Assembly (NCBI GenBank): GCA_051294375.1
Contig: CM119269.1
Coordinates: forward strand, 18,650,471 to 18,714,470
DNA: 64,000 nt
Reading direction: 5' to 3'
Origin: Paraspadella gotoi
Lineage: Eukaryota; Animalia; Chaetognatha
Under the pieces are notes generated by a model. That model was not told the DNA's origin. It did not search any database and saw only the letters and a list, made by a program, of their open reading frames with translations. Below are positions 1 to 22,975 of this stretch, one piece after another (the stretch's first letter is position 1; the number at the start of each line of letters is the position of its first letter). The position numbers and the translations under genes were made by a program.

Positions 1-2214
1 AGCTCAGTGGCGCCCCAGGCGTTTCCCCTCATTCCTTCCACGCCAGTTTCATTCCTTACCCATCTTTGCGTCATCTTCATTCGCCGCGGAGACGAGTGGA
101 CGGAGGGCGAAGTCTCAGCGGCGAATCGAGACGATTCTTCGCGACGTCCATTTCCATCGCTCTCTTCGTCTCCGCCGTTCTTCCTCTCTCGCACGGTGGC
201 GATCTGTTCTCCAGGCAGCGACCGGGTGAGTTAGGGTGGCGCAAAATGGGTAAGTAAGGACGGGAAACAGCGACTTGAAAGCCTATATTTCAAAGGATGG
301 ATAAAGATGATTGGAGTGAACAAAGTGTTTTTTTTCTTTCTTGTCATTTCATTTATTACTGACTTTTCCTCAGGTCATACATGCTCTCAAGAAACCTGCA
401 CGGCCAGTTACACCAATTCGATGGAATACGTTGAACGAGGAGCGAATCCTCAGTTCTGCACGGTTCTCAAAACTTACTTAGAATGCATGAGACAAACTAA
501 TAGAGCTTGCAAGGGAAACCTCTACTACCATTCGATGTCCGTCCTAATCCTGAATTGGATGAACCAGTTCAACTGCTCAAGCATGGGTCTTCACTCCGGG
601 CGACGCCCGACGGGGATGACGAGGAATCCTCTCCCGCCTACGCCCACTGCCATGAGAGTCTGCACTTTCAAGTGAGAATCGGTTTTCTTACTAAATGTAC
701 AATATGAAAATATTATGAGCGACCGAAAGGAAATCATATCCTACCTTTCTTCCTCAATCCTCATCCTCAGAGGCGAACGGGTCTTCAAACACTGCGGGCT
801 TTTCGGTGATCCCCACCTGCGCACTTTCTCCGACGAGTTCCAAACTTGTAAAGTGGAAGGCGCTTGGCCGCTGATCGACAATGATTACCTCGTCGTTCAA
901 GTCACGAATAATGCCGTGGTGCATCGCTCCAGCGCCACGGCGACGAGCAAGGTAAGTTAGCAAAGACAAAGCGCTCGCGCACGGCAGTGGGTAAGACTTC
1001 ACCAAGGATGATCTCTTACTAAGAGATCATCCTTGGTGAATGACGAGGAACATTTAGAGAAGATTTTACCAATTTTTCCAATTCTAAATTTAACCAATCA
1101 GTCAAAAACTAGTTCTCAAAATACAATGTACCAAGATAATATATATATATATATATAATGTAATTATAATAATAATTTATATTTAAACAACCTATTCGTC
1201 AGCTAAGCAATCAACAGCTTCTTTTTCACCCCAGCTCACCGTCATCATCAAAGGCAATACCCCCTGCAGTGATGAAAAAACTTACCAAGCGACAACGGGC
1301 AACCTCCCGTCGGCCTTCGTCGACGGACACACCACGTCCGGCCCAGATAAGTCCGTCCAAATCGTCGAGATGCGTCGCGGGCGCCACGTGGAGATACACG
1401 TGCGCTACGTGGCGACGACGGTGATCGTGCGTCAGGTGGGGCAGTTTCTGACCTTCGCCATTCGGATGCCGAGGATCATCATTCACAAGCGACATCCGAC
1501 TTCGAACAACGGCAACGATGTTGGGCTGCTGCCGGTGGTAAGTGTCCCAGTCAAACCGCGAATAAAAATTATCTCAAACCATTGATTTTTCATTTGGTAA
1601 ACTTCAAGATTCGGCGATCTAAAGTTTATTAAATTTATTCCTTTGTTCAGTCGACGCCAAATCTCCAATTATGCGTCCGCGGATGCCCTTATTCCGAGAG
1701 AATAAATTACCGAGAGTTTCTCTCCTACCCCAACCAAAAGTTGAAAACTTTGATGCGGCACAACGAGATCGCGATGACAAGGGAGTTGGCCATCATCAAA
1801 TGCAGAAAAGTAAGTGGTTCGATGTCTTGTGGATAATTTACGGTTTATTTTAAATCTTGTTTTTTGCATTCATAGGCGGAAGTTGTGGACCAGTATTTCG
1901 ATTCGTGTGTCTTCGATCTGATGACGACGGGAGATGCGAATTTTACTTTGGCCGCCTCTTCAGCTTTGAAAGTAAGACGGACGGGTGAAACTTTAGCCCA
2001 CAAAGATCCTCTTCATCCTTTTCTCTCAATCTAATATAATCATCAATCCCTCGCCTTTCCCCAGGACGTTATGCAATTACATCCGGGGCCGGTGTTCGAG
2101 AACCGAACATCCCTTGTAACACATTATCCACTACGCGGAAGAAACGGAGCGAGTCTTCTTACTTTGTCGATGTCGTTAACCTTGCTTTGGTTGTTCGTCG
2201 CGGCGATGACTTAA
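1..2214 (+). CDS. RGM: Repulsive guidance molecule (RGM/hemojuvelin family), GPI-anchored BMP co-receptor; start codon lies upstream of the window
   Basis: Phase-consistent exons <1-225, 374-671, 771-951, 1235-1537, 1651-1809, 1876-1971, 2065-2214. The protein has a hydrophobic signal segment, [10 protein letters not shown], the autocleavage motif [52 protein letters not shown] and a hydrophobic C-terminal GPI-type tail. Confidence 0.95.
998..1040. repeat. Perfect inverted repeat (hairpin) in RGM intron 3
   Basis: TTCACCAAGGATGATCTCTTA-C-TAAGAGATCATCCTTGGTGAA: 21-bp arms around a 1-nt centre. Confidence 0.9.
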
Positions 2215-2610
2215 AATCTTAGATTTTTCTTTCTATTCACTGCAAAATAAATATTATTCCTTAATCTTCCATGAATGTATCCCAACTAGTCGTTGCTATC
2301 GTCTCAATTTGTTTTTGCAATTTCGTTTATCTTTAAGGTCAGCGTTTTAGTTGGCCTACTGTGTACAATTTGTTCTTGGACATAAACATTTCATTCCAAC
2401 CCGATAAATTGTTAATTAGTTGAAGCAAGAAAAAGTGAGTAACAGTTTACACCTATGTAGCTAAAATTAAGCGATTTAACTGCGGAAAACCTTTAAAATA
2501 AATTGGTTTCAACGTTTATAAAATACAGTTTCTTAAAAAACTTGTATTTCTTTTGACAGTAAAATAATAACACAATTTAGATATGGTACAAACTTCGTGT
2601 GCTTGCTGGC

Positions 2611-8833
<6,223 letters not shown>

Positions 8834-9061
8834 CTTTGTTGGGGATTCGACTTCTGAGTCACGGTTCTCCTCGGAGCGGCTTCGGTCTACCGAACGTGGC
8901 TGTTAAACGGCGGAGGGAAAAATCGCCGTTAGAAAAAGAATGGCCGTGAGTCAATATTATTTTTAGTTGCACTGCGAATAGTCCAATACTCGAATACTCT
9001 TATTAAATATGTAGGAATGAGATAACCTTGTACGTATCGGTTCTTGTTTTTATATAAGTAA

Positions 9062-9232
9062 ATATATATGTGGATAAGGCGCTAAATGGGCTGAAGAGTT
9101 CTATCCGTAACTTCTTCAACCCTTTTAGCAGCCGTGAAACGTAGAACCACGCTTTAGGGTTTTCCACAGGGATCGATCCCGGTAGGTAAAGTACATGAGC
9201 TGATGATTTAACTTAATGAGCTACCGGGTCAC
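9062..9232 (-). mobile_element. Possible tRNA-derived SINE
   Basis: The minus strand starts GACCCGGTAGCTCATTAAG (A-box-like), has GGGATCGATCCC (B-box-like) about 45 nt downstream and ends in a (TA)n tail. No second copy in the window. Confidence 0.3.
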
Positions 9233-9889
9233 GACTGAAGGTGTCTTGCTTATATTATGGGAGAACTTGGTGTTTCCTTAAGTGCAGCTTTACTAAAAGG
9301 TATTTAACAGGAAAATAATTAAGTTAAATTTACTAACTTTTCCAACGTACTTGGTGATTTTTGGTTCCATTACGATTTCTTTTTTTCGACGATCCCCCGT
9401 ACATTACGCTCCTTTGTCGAGTTACCTTTAAACCTCATTAAGTCATTCTATTTATAAATTAAATATTTGAAAAGAAAATTCTGGAAAAAACGAATTAGTT
9501 GGCGTTTAATCATAACACGTCTCTTACACCGCGAGTACAATTTCCAACTTAATATTTAATGACAAAGGCTCCAAGCGAATTAATTGATTAAACCGTGAAC
9601 GAGAACGTCAGGGCAAAGCGTTTTTTTTTAAGAGGGGGGATTAAATTAGTCACGCCCAGGCCAGGGAGGGTGTAAAAATATTTATCAGCACTAACGAAAA
9701 CCAATATAAACAGTAACAGAGATTAGAAAAGCTTTTTTAATCGAAAAAAACTTCGAGTGTTTGCAAAACAATTTCAACTAATATGAAAAAATGGCTTATG
9801 TGAGAGAGAAAAAGACATATAACATTAGAAGGCTGGGTTATGAGCAGAAAAATCCCAGAAATCCCATCGAAGGTTCTTTGTTGAATATC

Positions 9890-11062
9890 TTTTTTTTTTT
9901 TTTTTTTTTCTGTAAAGGAAAGGAGAAAAACAACATGAATAACAAAAATTCGAGCCGTTGGCTGTTGTCAAAGTTTAAACGAGAAAAAGCAAAAGATTCA
10001 TCAAATCAATAAAGAGAATATCACATTTTAAGAGGTAGAATTGTGAGTCTTAAGAACCGAATGTTAGTTTGTTGCTTTTAAGGATAAAGCTCTAAGTCCC
10101 TCTCCGCCAGCAGGGTGGCATTGCCGCGCTGGAGGGCGACAGAGAGGCGCTGAAAAAGGAACTTTATTTCGAGAGCGCCATCTTTCCCCCACCGACGGGC
10201 GTCCTGTCGAGCAATTGACTTTAGGAAGGGAATCGCCTCTTTGTCCCAGCCGCCAAAGGTCTCAACGATGAGAGGTTGGAAGAAGATGCCCTGCGAGCGA
10301 CAAGTGTCGAAATTCTGCCGGATTTTGGATGCCTTGCGCATCTCAATGGCTGCAGCAGCGTGTTCGGCAGCTCGGTATAAGACAGCCTCTTGAGTTGGAG
10401 AAACGACACTGACGTCGAAAGCGATTTTCCTGCCGTCAGTCCAATTGGGGATGTAGATGTCTGCTGGGCGAGCGAGCGAATTTGGAATGAGACCTGGCAT
10501 TTCTTTCTGAGGGTTGAGAGAAGCGTGTTGGGCCTCGGAAAAGATGCGGTCGCGGATTCGGTCGTGTCGGCTGCCTTTCAAGCCATGGTCATCCCGGCAG
10601 TGGAGAGCGTGGTCCCCGAATGTGTCGAGAATTTGTTCGCAGCTATTTGCCCGGCATTCAGACGATGAGAAAAGAGAAAGACCAAGGCGGTAACCCATAG
10701 CCAGCCCAAACGATCTTGAATCAATGTTGAGGTTGAGGGATGGCGAGGGGATGGCGTCGACCCAGTCTCCGGCATGGGGAAGAGCTAGAGAATGCAGACG
10801 AGCGAGGTTGCGTGCGTCGGCGTCGGCAGTGAGTTTGGAGTGAGAGAGAGAGTCTATTTCCGCAGAGAGAGATTGTTGTGTAAAATTCGGCGGAAGTAGA
10901 TCGAGGGTTGAATAGGAGGGATTGCCGGTGCTTGCTTGCAAGAGAGGGAGGGCTGAGTCGAGATCACGCCGCGTAACTGCCACAGGGAGGATTAAATCGA
11001 GAATTGTAGAGGATCTGGCCAAAGAGGCAATGAAGGCTGCTGGAGAATGAAGGGTCGCTGCT
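9890..11062 (-). mobile_element. 5'-truncated non-LTR retrotransposon with restriction-like endonuclease (CRE/R2-type); intact C-terminal ORF at 10078-11062
   Basis: The ORF has HSPAAFIAS, LPHAGDW..AIP..LGL, a CCHC-like knuckle (C..C..GDHALHC..RHDRIRD), RPADI..AFDVSVVSP and PLIVETFGGW..FQRLSVALQRGNA, typical of RLE LINE C-termini. A minus-strand poly(A) lies at about 9890-9909. The RT domain is absent. Confidence 0.85.
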
Positions 11063-11467
11063 TTTCAAAAAAATTTGTTATTCCCTGTTCTTTTGTTATT
11101 TGTTAATGAAAAGCCCGCTAATTTTGCCTTAACTATCTGAACAAAAGACAGAAGTAGCTATAGCAACAATGATGCATAGATATTAGATATTGTACCTATG
11201 TTATACTTAGAGCAAGCTATGACGGATTTAATGATAACTTACCTGGATCAGCTTCACCGAAAAATTGTTCTTCTTACTCGACATTCACATTTAATGTCAT
11301 TCAGTATCAAAAAATTGGTTGCCATAAAATTAAAAAGAAGAAGGGGAAATGGTTCAAAATCATCTTGAGTCTTGATCTTTTCGAAAACAAAACATATTAC
11401 TAACTATTAGTTGATAAATTAATAGACATTGATAAATTAATAGTCATTGATAAATTCACTGATAAAT

Positions 11468-14400
11468 ATGGCAACATCAACTGAGGCCGCGCAGGTACCT
11501 AATTTTAAATGATTTCATAGATTATCTTAAAAATGATAATTTTCTTCCATTAATTTTTGGTAATCTCAAGGAGTTGATAACTAGGTTGGACAAAAAATTA
11601 ACCGAAATAGCTGGTTCGGATTTGGCCTTACAGGTAATTTAAACGATATTTTTTATTAACAAAGTAAAAACTTAAATTTCTTTACGTTTTATTCCTTATT
11701 TACTTCAGCGAAAATACGTGGAATATTTTCTCACAAAAAATGAAGACGAAATCACCGTCAAGTAAGTTTTACTCCTATCCGTCCAATCAAGGAACAAGCT
11801 TGAGCTAACAACGCCGGATCTGCACAATGGTATTTAGCGGGAAGCAGCGAATCAGATGATAAGTTATGATTAATCATACAATTTCTTTTTTTTTATTTAT
11901 TACAATTTACCAACAATATTGATAATTTATGGTTAATGGTGGTTATGGCTTTTATAGTAGTTGCGGTGGTTGTTGTGGTTATTGTTGTAGTTGTTATAAA
12001 CGTGCATTAACATTTCATAAAAAGGGAAACGGGCAAAATTAAATAGTTAAGCGTAATTTTTTTTTTTTCCACTTCCACTCATTTCCGTACGGACGATTCT
12101 TGCGAAACTTGATTTCCAGCTCATTCACACAATTCTTTACCCACACACAAAATTTTAAGTCAATCGCCGCTTCCACTCATGAGTAATTAGCGTTAAAATT
12201 CATCGATATTCGATGTTTTGAAATGATCTAAGTGACTTACCGACAACAAGTGAATTGTTGAGCCGGAATCTGTACAAGTAGATCCGGCTGAAAAATCCGA
12301 TAGAGAAACCCTTTTCATTAAATTAACGATTTAAAAAAAAAACTTAGCCCATCGATCTCGGAAGAGCGGAAAGTGGCGTTATACAGCGCGGACATGTGTA
12401 CTCAGACAGATGCCTCAGAGATGATCGACATCGGGAGAATGACGAAGCTCTTATCTCAATTGTGCAAAGATCTCACTGGTCTAAAGTAATCAGACTCACA
12501 AGCCGACCGAAAGTGACATCCGGAAAGTTCAAACGAAATTGAAAACAAATTTTTTATCTTGACAGACGAGAGATGATTCTGGCGAAGGAGGTGATCGTTG
12601 CTGACTACACCTCAAAGTTGAGCGGAAGGGCGATGAAGCTCTACGTCAGATGCAACAAGAAGGTGGAGGAGCTGACCATCTTGCACCAGGTTGGTCCGTG
12701 CTGTAAATAGGATTTTATTGAATGTACATTTTAAAATTCTTAATTCACTTTAATTTTTAAAAGTTTACATATTTGAAGAACATAAAAAAGCCCCGAAACC
12801 AACTTTAAACTTGTTATAAACATGTTTTTTATATACATTAATCAGGAGCGCCTTGAGACTTGCCGTCGCTCTTTCAATCAACAACTGGTTGACGCCGTCG
12901 CTCAACTAGAGCGCACGGACCAGGGTCCCGTCGAATTCGAGGTGGATCGCCTGGAGGCCGAGATCACTGGGTTGAGGCACCAGCTTGACGATCTCTCTAT
13001 GGAAATGGATTCCAAGGATAGGACGATAAGGGAACTCAGTCAGTATCGAATACTGTAGATTTTAAGCGATTCTGACTTCGACGTGCATATAGTAAATACT
13101 GTCGTTTCTGGACATTCATTTTCGTTTGTTTTTTTTCTATAAAGCTCATGCAGTCGACGTCCTCAAAAATAAAGTGGATATTTCTGATCACGAGGTCGAG
13201 ACCCTCAAGTTGGAGAAGGCGGAGATTATCGCCAGACTTGAGCGAGCCAAGAGCGATTCCAGAAACTTGGTAAGCTATTGTAAATATAATTACCAATTAA
13301 AAGAAATCGGTATTTTCATCCCAAAGTCACGTCTCAGAGCGAAGAAATCGACTTCATGAAGACAAACTTAAGTAAACCCGCTGGAAAGAAGAAAGGCTCG
13401 TTTGGCGGAAGCCTTCCCTCTTTAGCGGGAGGCCATCACAAAGGTGACCAGAATAGCTTTCGAAACTTTTAGTATGTATACTATATATGTATATATCACT
13501 CTAATCTAAAAAGCGACCACGCCTGGAGGTGGAAGCGCTGCCACTTCTCAAGGTAGTCTTCGTGGAGAATTGGGTAGAAGCGGAAGTCTCGCCGTCTCCG
13601 CTGAAGTGATTGGTAAGGTTTCTTTGACTAGTTGTAAGTTTCATGCTTTTTATTCTGCATATACTTGTTATTATTCAGAATCCATTATCCTTTTCTTGTG
13701 TTTCTATCTTTCTATCTGTCAGGTGAGACGGAAACATCGACAAAGGAAAAGCAGCAGAAAAAAACGATGGGTTACGATGGGGGAGACAGGGCGGGGGGAA
13801 CCGGTGGAAAGGCGGACGCGCCGAGAGATGATGGGGCGAAGGCTTCCGGAAAGGCGGACGCGCCGAGGGACGATGGGGAAAAGGCGGGTGCGCCTTTAGA
13901 AGCAGGATTAACAAGAGACGGAAAGACGCGTGAGAATCCAGCATCTCACAGAGACTCTGATATAAAGACGGCGGGAAATGCGGGGAAGGAATCGGACGCT
14001 AATGCCGTGATGCATAGAGTGGAAAATATGTCGATCGATCTAGTTGATTTCCACGAGACGCAGGACGGTGTCGAATCACGAGATCAGGTTTTGAACCCCG
14101 ATTTGTTCGTAAATGAAATATATATATATAAATATATACAGAATCGAAGGACATATAGACATATATATAATATTATATATTCATTTGTACTTAAATCTAG
14201 ATCAATGTTCATGTTTTTTTTTCTTACAATAACGATGATGCTCATTAATCATTATTCTTAGCCCTTTTCCCCACAGACAAACGAGGAATTTGCTTTGACG
14301 GGCGATGTTCAAATCTCAGTTAATAACTTCGTGACGCAAATGCGAAATCAGCTTCAAGAGGTAAGTCACCGTTAAAAATATTTGAAATAAATTAAATCTA

Positions 14401-15426
14401 TTTTCTCTATTAAAAATCCGTAATGACATCTGTATTAGAAATAAAATTGTCAAACTGTTATAATCTCTTGAACCAAAACAATTAGATAATATGAAAACAA
14501 ATACAAAGTCCCACCTTGAAATTTAAAAAAAATATATATAGCTCTCACCAGAATAAAGAAACAAACAAATGAAAAAAAAGCATATCATTATCAATTGATG
14601 CTGACATTTTGTTTTTGAAATTTTTTTAGGAACGAAACAAAGTTTGCCTCCTCGAAAATCTTTTGTTTCTGGGTTTAAGAGACCCAAATAATTTCGCTTC
14701 GGCGGTCGGCGCCGCCGTCGACCCAATCCCGCCTAAAAGATCGGAGACGACGCGCGCCCGAGACGCCGGAAACGGCGGCGCCAGTTCCTTCGACTTTGCC
14801 GGTGCATACCGACGCATGACGGATAAAAGGACAGGCTCTCGCAGGCGATGCGGCGCGGGAATTGAATATGAACGCCGATCTACTACTACCAGAGCGGCGC
14901 TGACTTTTTTCGCCGAAGACGCCGCCCCATTATACGCGGCTCCGTCCGTAAGCGCGACGGGCGTACCGTCACCGGCGGCGCCGCCCCGCACTTTGCCGCG
15001 TCTTCGAGGACGAACGTCGGTCATCCACGCCGGTTTCGCGACGCCGAAGAACGGTAGCCTTTTGGCGTCCTCGTCATCGTTGGCGTCATCGTCGTCTGCA
15101 GCGGCTGCAGCGATGAGTCTGGCTGTGGCGGCTCACAATCGGGGTTAGTGAATGGTGGATTAAATCCAATTTATGTACAACTTTTAAAAAGATTTATTAA
15201 CGGATAAATAGAGTTATTAGAATTAACTTATTAAGATAATTTTTTTTTCTTTCAGGATCGCCGTTGGTTTTCCCTCAAACAACGAAGGGAATGTCTAGTT
15301 CGTCATCGTCGGCGAAAGGAAGCGAAATTAGCTTTGGGTTTTGATCAACTTTGTCTTCGTTGTTGTTGTCATCGTTGCAGTAGTCCCCGACGTCACCATT
15401 ACATAGTTTTAAAAAAAATTGTGTAA
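11468..15426 (+). CDS. C10orf67-like (DUF4709) coiled-coil protein, multi-exon
   Basis: Spliced exons give PSISEERKVALYSADMCTQTDASEM..ADYTSKL..LYVRCNKKVEEL..RRSFNQQLVDAVAQL, matching my recollection of C10orf67 (PSISDD..DHATQTD..RKSFNQQLADAIA). The ATG is at 11468. One probable homopolymer indel lies near 11833. The 3' end is uncertain (stop at 15148 or, with one more exon, about 15426). Confidence 0.7.
12062..12200 (-). repeat. Fragment of the dispersed element found at 29103-29655 (inverted orientation)
   Basis: gaaacttgatttccagctcattcacac..aaaattttaagtcaatcgcc..tccactcatgagt is the reverse complement of 29433-29550 (actcatgagtggatttggcgattgactttaaatttt..gctggaatcaagtttc). Confidence 0.75.
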
Positions 15427-15571
15427 AACTAATAGAACAGAAAAAGAATATGTTTGGGCGTATATATTTACACAACATTAATACATAACGTGAGAAACAT
15501 GTTTTAAACTTTAAGAAAATATTTAAAAAAAAAATACAAACAAAAACCCATTTAAGAGACAAAAGAATTCT

Positions 15572-16870
15572 TTACTCCGCGTCTCCGTTCCTCCCCTCTC
15601 CCCCCTCATCTTTCTCCACTCTTCCTTTCGCCCTCTCCATCGCTCTCTTCCTCGCTTCGTCCACCAACGCCCTCTGCCTCTCAATCTTCTCTCTCGTCTC
15701 CCTGACCGTCTTTTCCTTCGCCTCTCTCTCCACCTCTACCTCCTCCCTCTTTCTCTCCGCCTCGGCCAGCCTCTCTTTCAAATTGTCGGCCACAGCGGCC
15801 GACACTGTCAGTTTCTTGTCCCTGAAGGCGGCTCTGTCGCGAAGCTCCCGGCATCGGGCGTTCATGGCGTCGAGTTTTGCTTGAAGTTCCTGGGTGCGTA
15901 GCGCCATGTTGGCGTTGCGCGCGTCCCGCTCGGCCTTGCGACCCTCGATCTCGACAATGCGGGCGTCGACGACGGCGGTGCGCTCCTCGTTGCGGCTAGC
16001 GACCAGTTGCAATTCTCCGACGATCTTTCGCTGCAGATTTTCCTTGCTTTCCTCTTGCTGCGACACTCCGACGATCTTCTGTTGCAGACCCTGCTTGCCT
16101 TCCTCCTTCCGTTTGGCACCGACTGCGCGGTCTCGAGCGACTTTGGCCCGCATTTCCCGATGCTGAGCGTCGGCTTCGCGCCGCGCCTCTGCATCCCGAC
16201 GGAATTTTTCGCGCATCTGCTCCGCCAGGTGTCGTTCTAATCGGCGTTTCTCGTCGTCCGAGGCGGCGGAGTCGTCAGTGGCAGAGGCGCCGCCCTCGGA
16301 GCAATTTTCAATCGCTCCGTTGACGAGCTTCTCTGATGGTCCGTTGAGAGCGGCGGTTGCAGCACCAAGTTCTTCGTCGTCCTCTGCTATGCTGTCGAGC
16401 TTGGCGTCTGCAGCGGCGGCCTCGGTCCGGGCTGCGATCTCGGCATCGACTCTAGCGGTGATTCGGTCACTGAACTGCTGATCGATGACCGCCTTCATAG
16501 CCGCCGTTTCCCTCCGCATCGACTCTTTTTTCCGCTCCAAATCCAGCTTGATTGCGCGCATCTCTTGCAGCTTTTCTTCCTTCATTCTCTGCAGCGCTAG
16601 CAGCTTGCCCCGAGCCGCCTCCAGTTCTTGGCGCTGATCAGCCGGGGCGGAAACCGGCGTCGTAGCGGAGACCGACTGTGGCGACGCAGGCGAGGACTGC
16701 TGCGTCGCCGCGTCTCCATCCTTGTTTTTTTTTATCTTTTTGTTCGACTTTTTCAAAGACGATGACTCGGCCGTCTCTGCCACCGCTTTTTCGACTTTGC
16801 CTTTAACTTCTGTCGGGGCGGTGGACCCAAGCGACGTCTCGGTGGATCCCTTGACGGCGCCGTTCTCCAT
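15572..16870 (-). CDS. Intronless 432-aa Glu/Arg/Ala/Lys-rich coiled-coil protein, family not recognised
   Basis: Uninterrupted 1.3-kb GC-rich ORF in AT-rich surroundings, ATG in a good context (AACATGG), heptad-like charged helices and a basic KKNKKIKK-like stretch. Confidence 0.75.
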   Translation of the reverse strand: MENGAVKGSTETSLGSTAPTEVKGKVEKAVAETAESSSLKKSNKKIKKNKDGDAATQQSSPASPQSVSATTPVSAPADQRQELEAARGKLLALQRMKEEKLQEMRAIKLDLERKKESMRRETAAMKAVIDQQFSDRITARVDAEIAARTEAAAADAKLDSIAEDDEELGAATAALNGPSEKLVNGAIENCSEGGASATDDSAASDDEKRRLERHLAEQMREKFRRDAEARREADAQHREMRAKVARDRAVGAKRKEEGKQGLQQKIVGVSQQEESKENLQRKIVGELQLVASRNEERTAVVDARIVEIEGRKAERDARNANMALRTQELQAKLDAMNARCRELRDRAAFRDKKLTVSAAVADNLKERLAEAERKREEVEVEREAKEKTVRETREKIERQRALVDEARKRAMERAKGRVEKDEGGEGRNGDAE

Positions 16871-18202
16871 GTTCTAAAAATGCGGCGTTTGTGGACGAAC
16901 AATTCCTGTTTTCAGAAATCCAGTAAAAGTATTAATTGTAGATTATTTGTGTTGGTCAATGGCTTGGTAAAAAAAAAAGGAACTCCGGTTTAAAAAGGAT
17001 TAATTATTAATTCATGAATTTCAGACTTAGAATGGTGCAGAATAAGGTTTGAGCTAATATTAGTCATTTCATGATACTTCGATTAAAGACGAGTTGTTCT
17101 TCGACTACTTCGAAAACAAAGACGAAAACCGGCGACTGAAAAAAAAGCTTCGATTCACGGTCATACTCTTTTCAGACTTCAGTGAATCCGTGAAGGAGCG
17201 AGCGATTTGATTATGAGGCAAACGATCGTTATGCGATCCTTGCTTTCAGAAGTAGATTTCAGTTTATTCGCATCGATACGGATCGATCTGTAACATAGAT
17301 TTACCAATTGTGTATTTCGATGAAATAATTTAGGTTTTACAAGTGAATCAAAGTATTTTCCTTCGAATTAATTCCTATTTAGCCTTTTCTTTTGAGTCAT
17401 GTCTTTCCTCAATTAACATTAAAAGGTACCGGGGAGTTTTTAGCGATACCAGTCATCATAAATTCTATACAGAAAGCTTTGAAACCTAAAATTGATAGTC
17501 TGGAGTCCATCTGACCAAAAAAAATAATGTTAGCGTCAACATTTGAAGAGAAAACAAAGTTTCAGAACATTTTACGCCGCTCTTTGGGTAAAACAACGGC
17601 TAGCTAATCTTTACTTCCGTCAACCGGAGTATTAAGTAAATAAAAGGTTCTTTTCAGCCTTCATTGTCTGTTTAGATACACCATGAAATTGAAAAACAAA
17701 GTAACAAAGAGATAAATATAAGTATATTTAAAACACTAAAGCATACTAGTCCGCATGCTCATAATAAAAAACGGGCAACAAAAAGACACATGGTTTTCAG
17801 GTTAAATTAATTAAAACTAAAAAAAACAAAAAAAAAAAACGGGGTTGTGTTAGAAGAAAAAGTGAACCATGATGAATAATTTATAACAGTGTACAATTAT
17901 GCAACTGATGAACCGCATCAAATTTGATTGCGCTCTGATTGTTAACGATATGAGTCTCTGGATGAGTGCCTCAGGGAAATTTCGAGAACATGTTTTTGTT
18001 AATTAATTCAAAATTTATAATCAACCCTCGAGAATACCATTCAATGACGAGGTTAAAAAAAGCTTTTTGCCTTTATTTCAATTACAACGACAGCGCATAA
18101 TCGATAGCACCCCATAAAGCGATAATAAGGCTTAGGTCGCGTACCGGATCAGTGCGTAGGACGTCTTTGCACGAGAAAAATTCTCGCGACAATTTCCCGT
18201 CA

Positions 18203-21750
<3,548 letters not shown>

Positions 21751-21789
21751 CCAATTCTGAATGGAAGATAGGAATGATCACTAAACAGT

Positions 21790-22975
21790 GTGTCCCCCTT
21801 TTCCCCCCATTTATTTGTTTGCCTTTTGTTATTACCGTTTCTGCCTATAGATGTCTCTTTTCTTTTCTTTAGGAGATTTCACTCTTCTTTTCTTACTAGA
21901 TATTCTCGGCCACATTATAGATACTTAAAACTTTTCCACCCGTCCTTTTACGAGGCATAGGATTCCTTCACGTCACGTCACGTCACTCTTTTGATACCGT
22001 TTACAGACAGTGACATTGCGGCCATAGAGCCCACCGTGAGACCACACTTCGGGACTCGTGGATGCGCTTGTGGTCAGACTTTAGCTCTGTCATAAACTTG
22101 TGGACGGACTTGTGGTCCACTCCATTGGACCACACTTGGGTGACGACAACCTCGCCGACCAGGAACTCATGGCGCCGACTTACGGCGCGACCGAGCCCTG
22201 ACTTCCGTTACTGTAGAGATATGTCCCCCTTTTCCCCCCATTTATTTGTTTGCCTTTTGTTATTACCATTTCTGCCGATAGATGTCTCTTTTCTTTTCTT
22301 TAGGAGATTCCACTCCTCTTTCTTTTCTTACCAGATATACTAGGCTCATGTAGATACTTAGAACTTTTCCGCCCATCATCAAACTGCCTTTTACAAGGCT
22401 CAGGACACCTTCACATCACCCTTTTATCACCCTTTTGTTACCGTTTCTCAGACAGTTGTGACAAGGCCATAGAGCCCACATGAGGCCACACTTTGACAGA
22501 CTTGTGGATGCGTTGGTGGTCAGACTATAGCTTCCATCACCGACTTGTGGACGGACTTGTGGTCTACGCCATCAGACCATACGAGTGACGATACCCTCGC
22601 TGACCACGGCGCCAGTCCATGGCGTTCTCGGACTCGGTCTCCCGTCACTACGACGTCCCGACGTCATCGGTGCTCATGCTTCGGCGCCAGACGCGGCCAC
22701 GCCCATTTCCGGAGACGCTTGCGAGGGACGTGGAGGACAACTCTCCTCGCGACGGCGGCGAAGCAGAGGCGGCTCCACGTGCACACGGCAAGTGTTCGTA
22801 CAGTTACCACCGCGACCCGACGTCTTCGACGTACGCGCAACGGGGTCAGACGCGGCCACGCCCATTTCCGGAAACGTCAGCGAGGGACGAGGAGGACTAC
22901 TCTACTCCGTAGCGACCCGACAGCGGCGAAGCAAAGGCGACTCTATGGGCACACGGCAAGTGTTCATACACACTG
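21790..22975. repeat. Nested tandem duplications upstream of the sialyltransferase ATG (about 430-bp unit x2, then about 160-bp unit x2)
   Basis: gtcccccttttccccccatttatttgtttgccttttgttattacc at about 21792 and 22224; gccatagagccca..tggtcagact at about 22021 and 22467; agacgcggccacgcccatttccgga..gcacacggcaagtgttc at about 22689 and 22848. Confidence 0.85.

Noticed and set aside
505-530. RGM has KGN in place of the vertebrate RGD motif
   Set aside because: RGD is not strictly conserved in invertebrate RGMs, so this is low significance.
1470-1540. Suspected frameshift in RGM exon 4
   Set aside because: The exon splices in phase 0 to 1651 and continues into LCVRGCP, so no frameshift is needed.
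17869-17938. Possible C/D box snoRNA (ATGATGA..CTGA..CTGA)
   Set aside because: Weak terminal stem, no recognisable rRNA complement and no plus-strand host intron.
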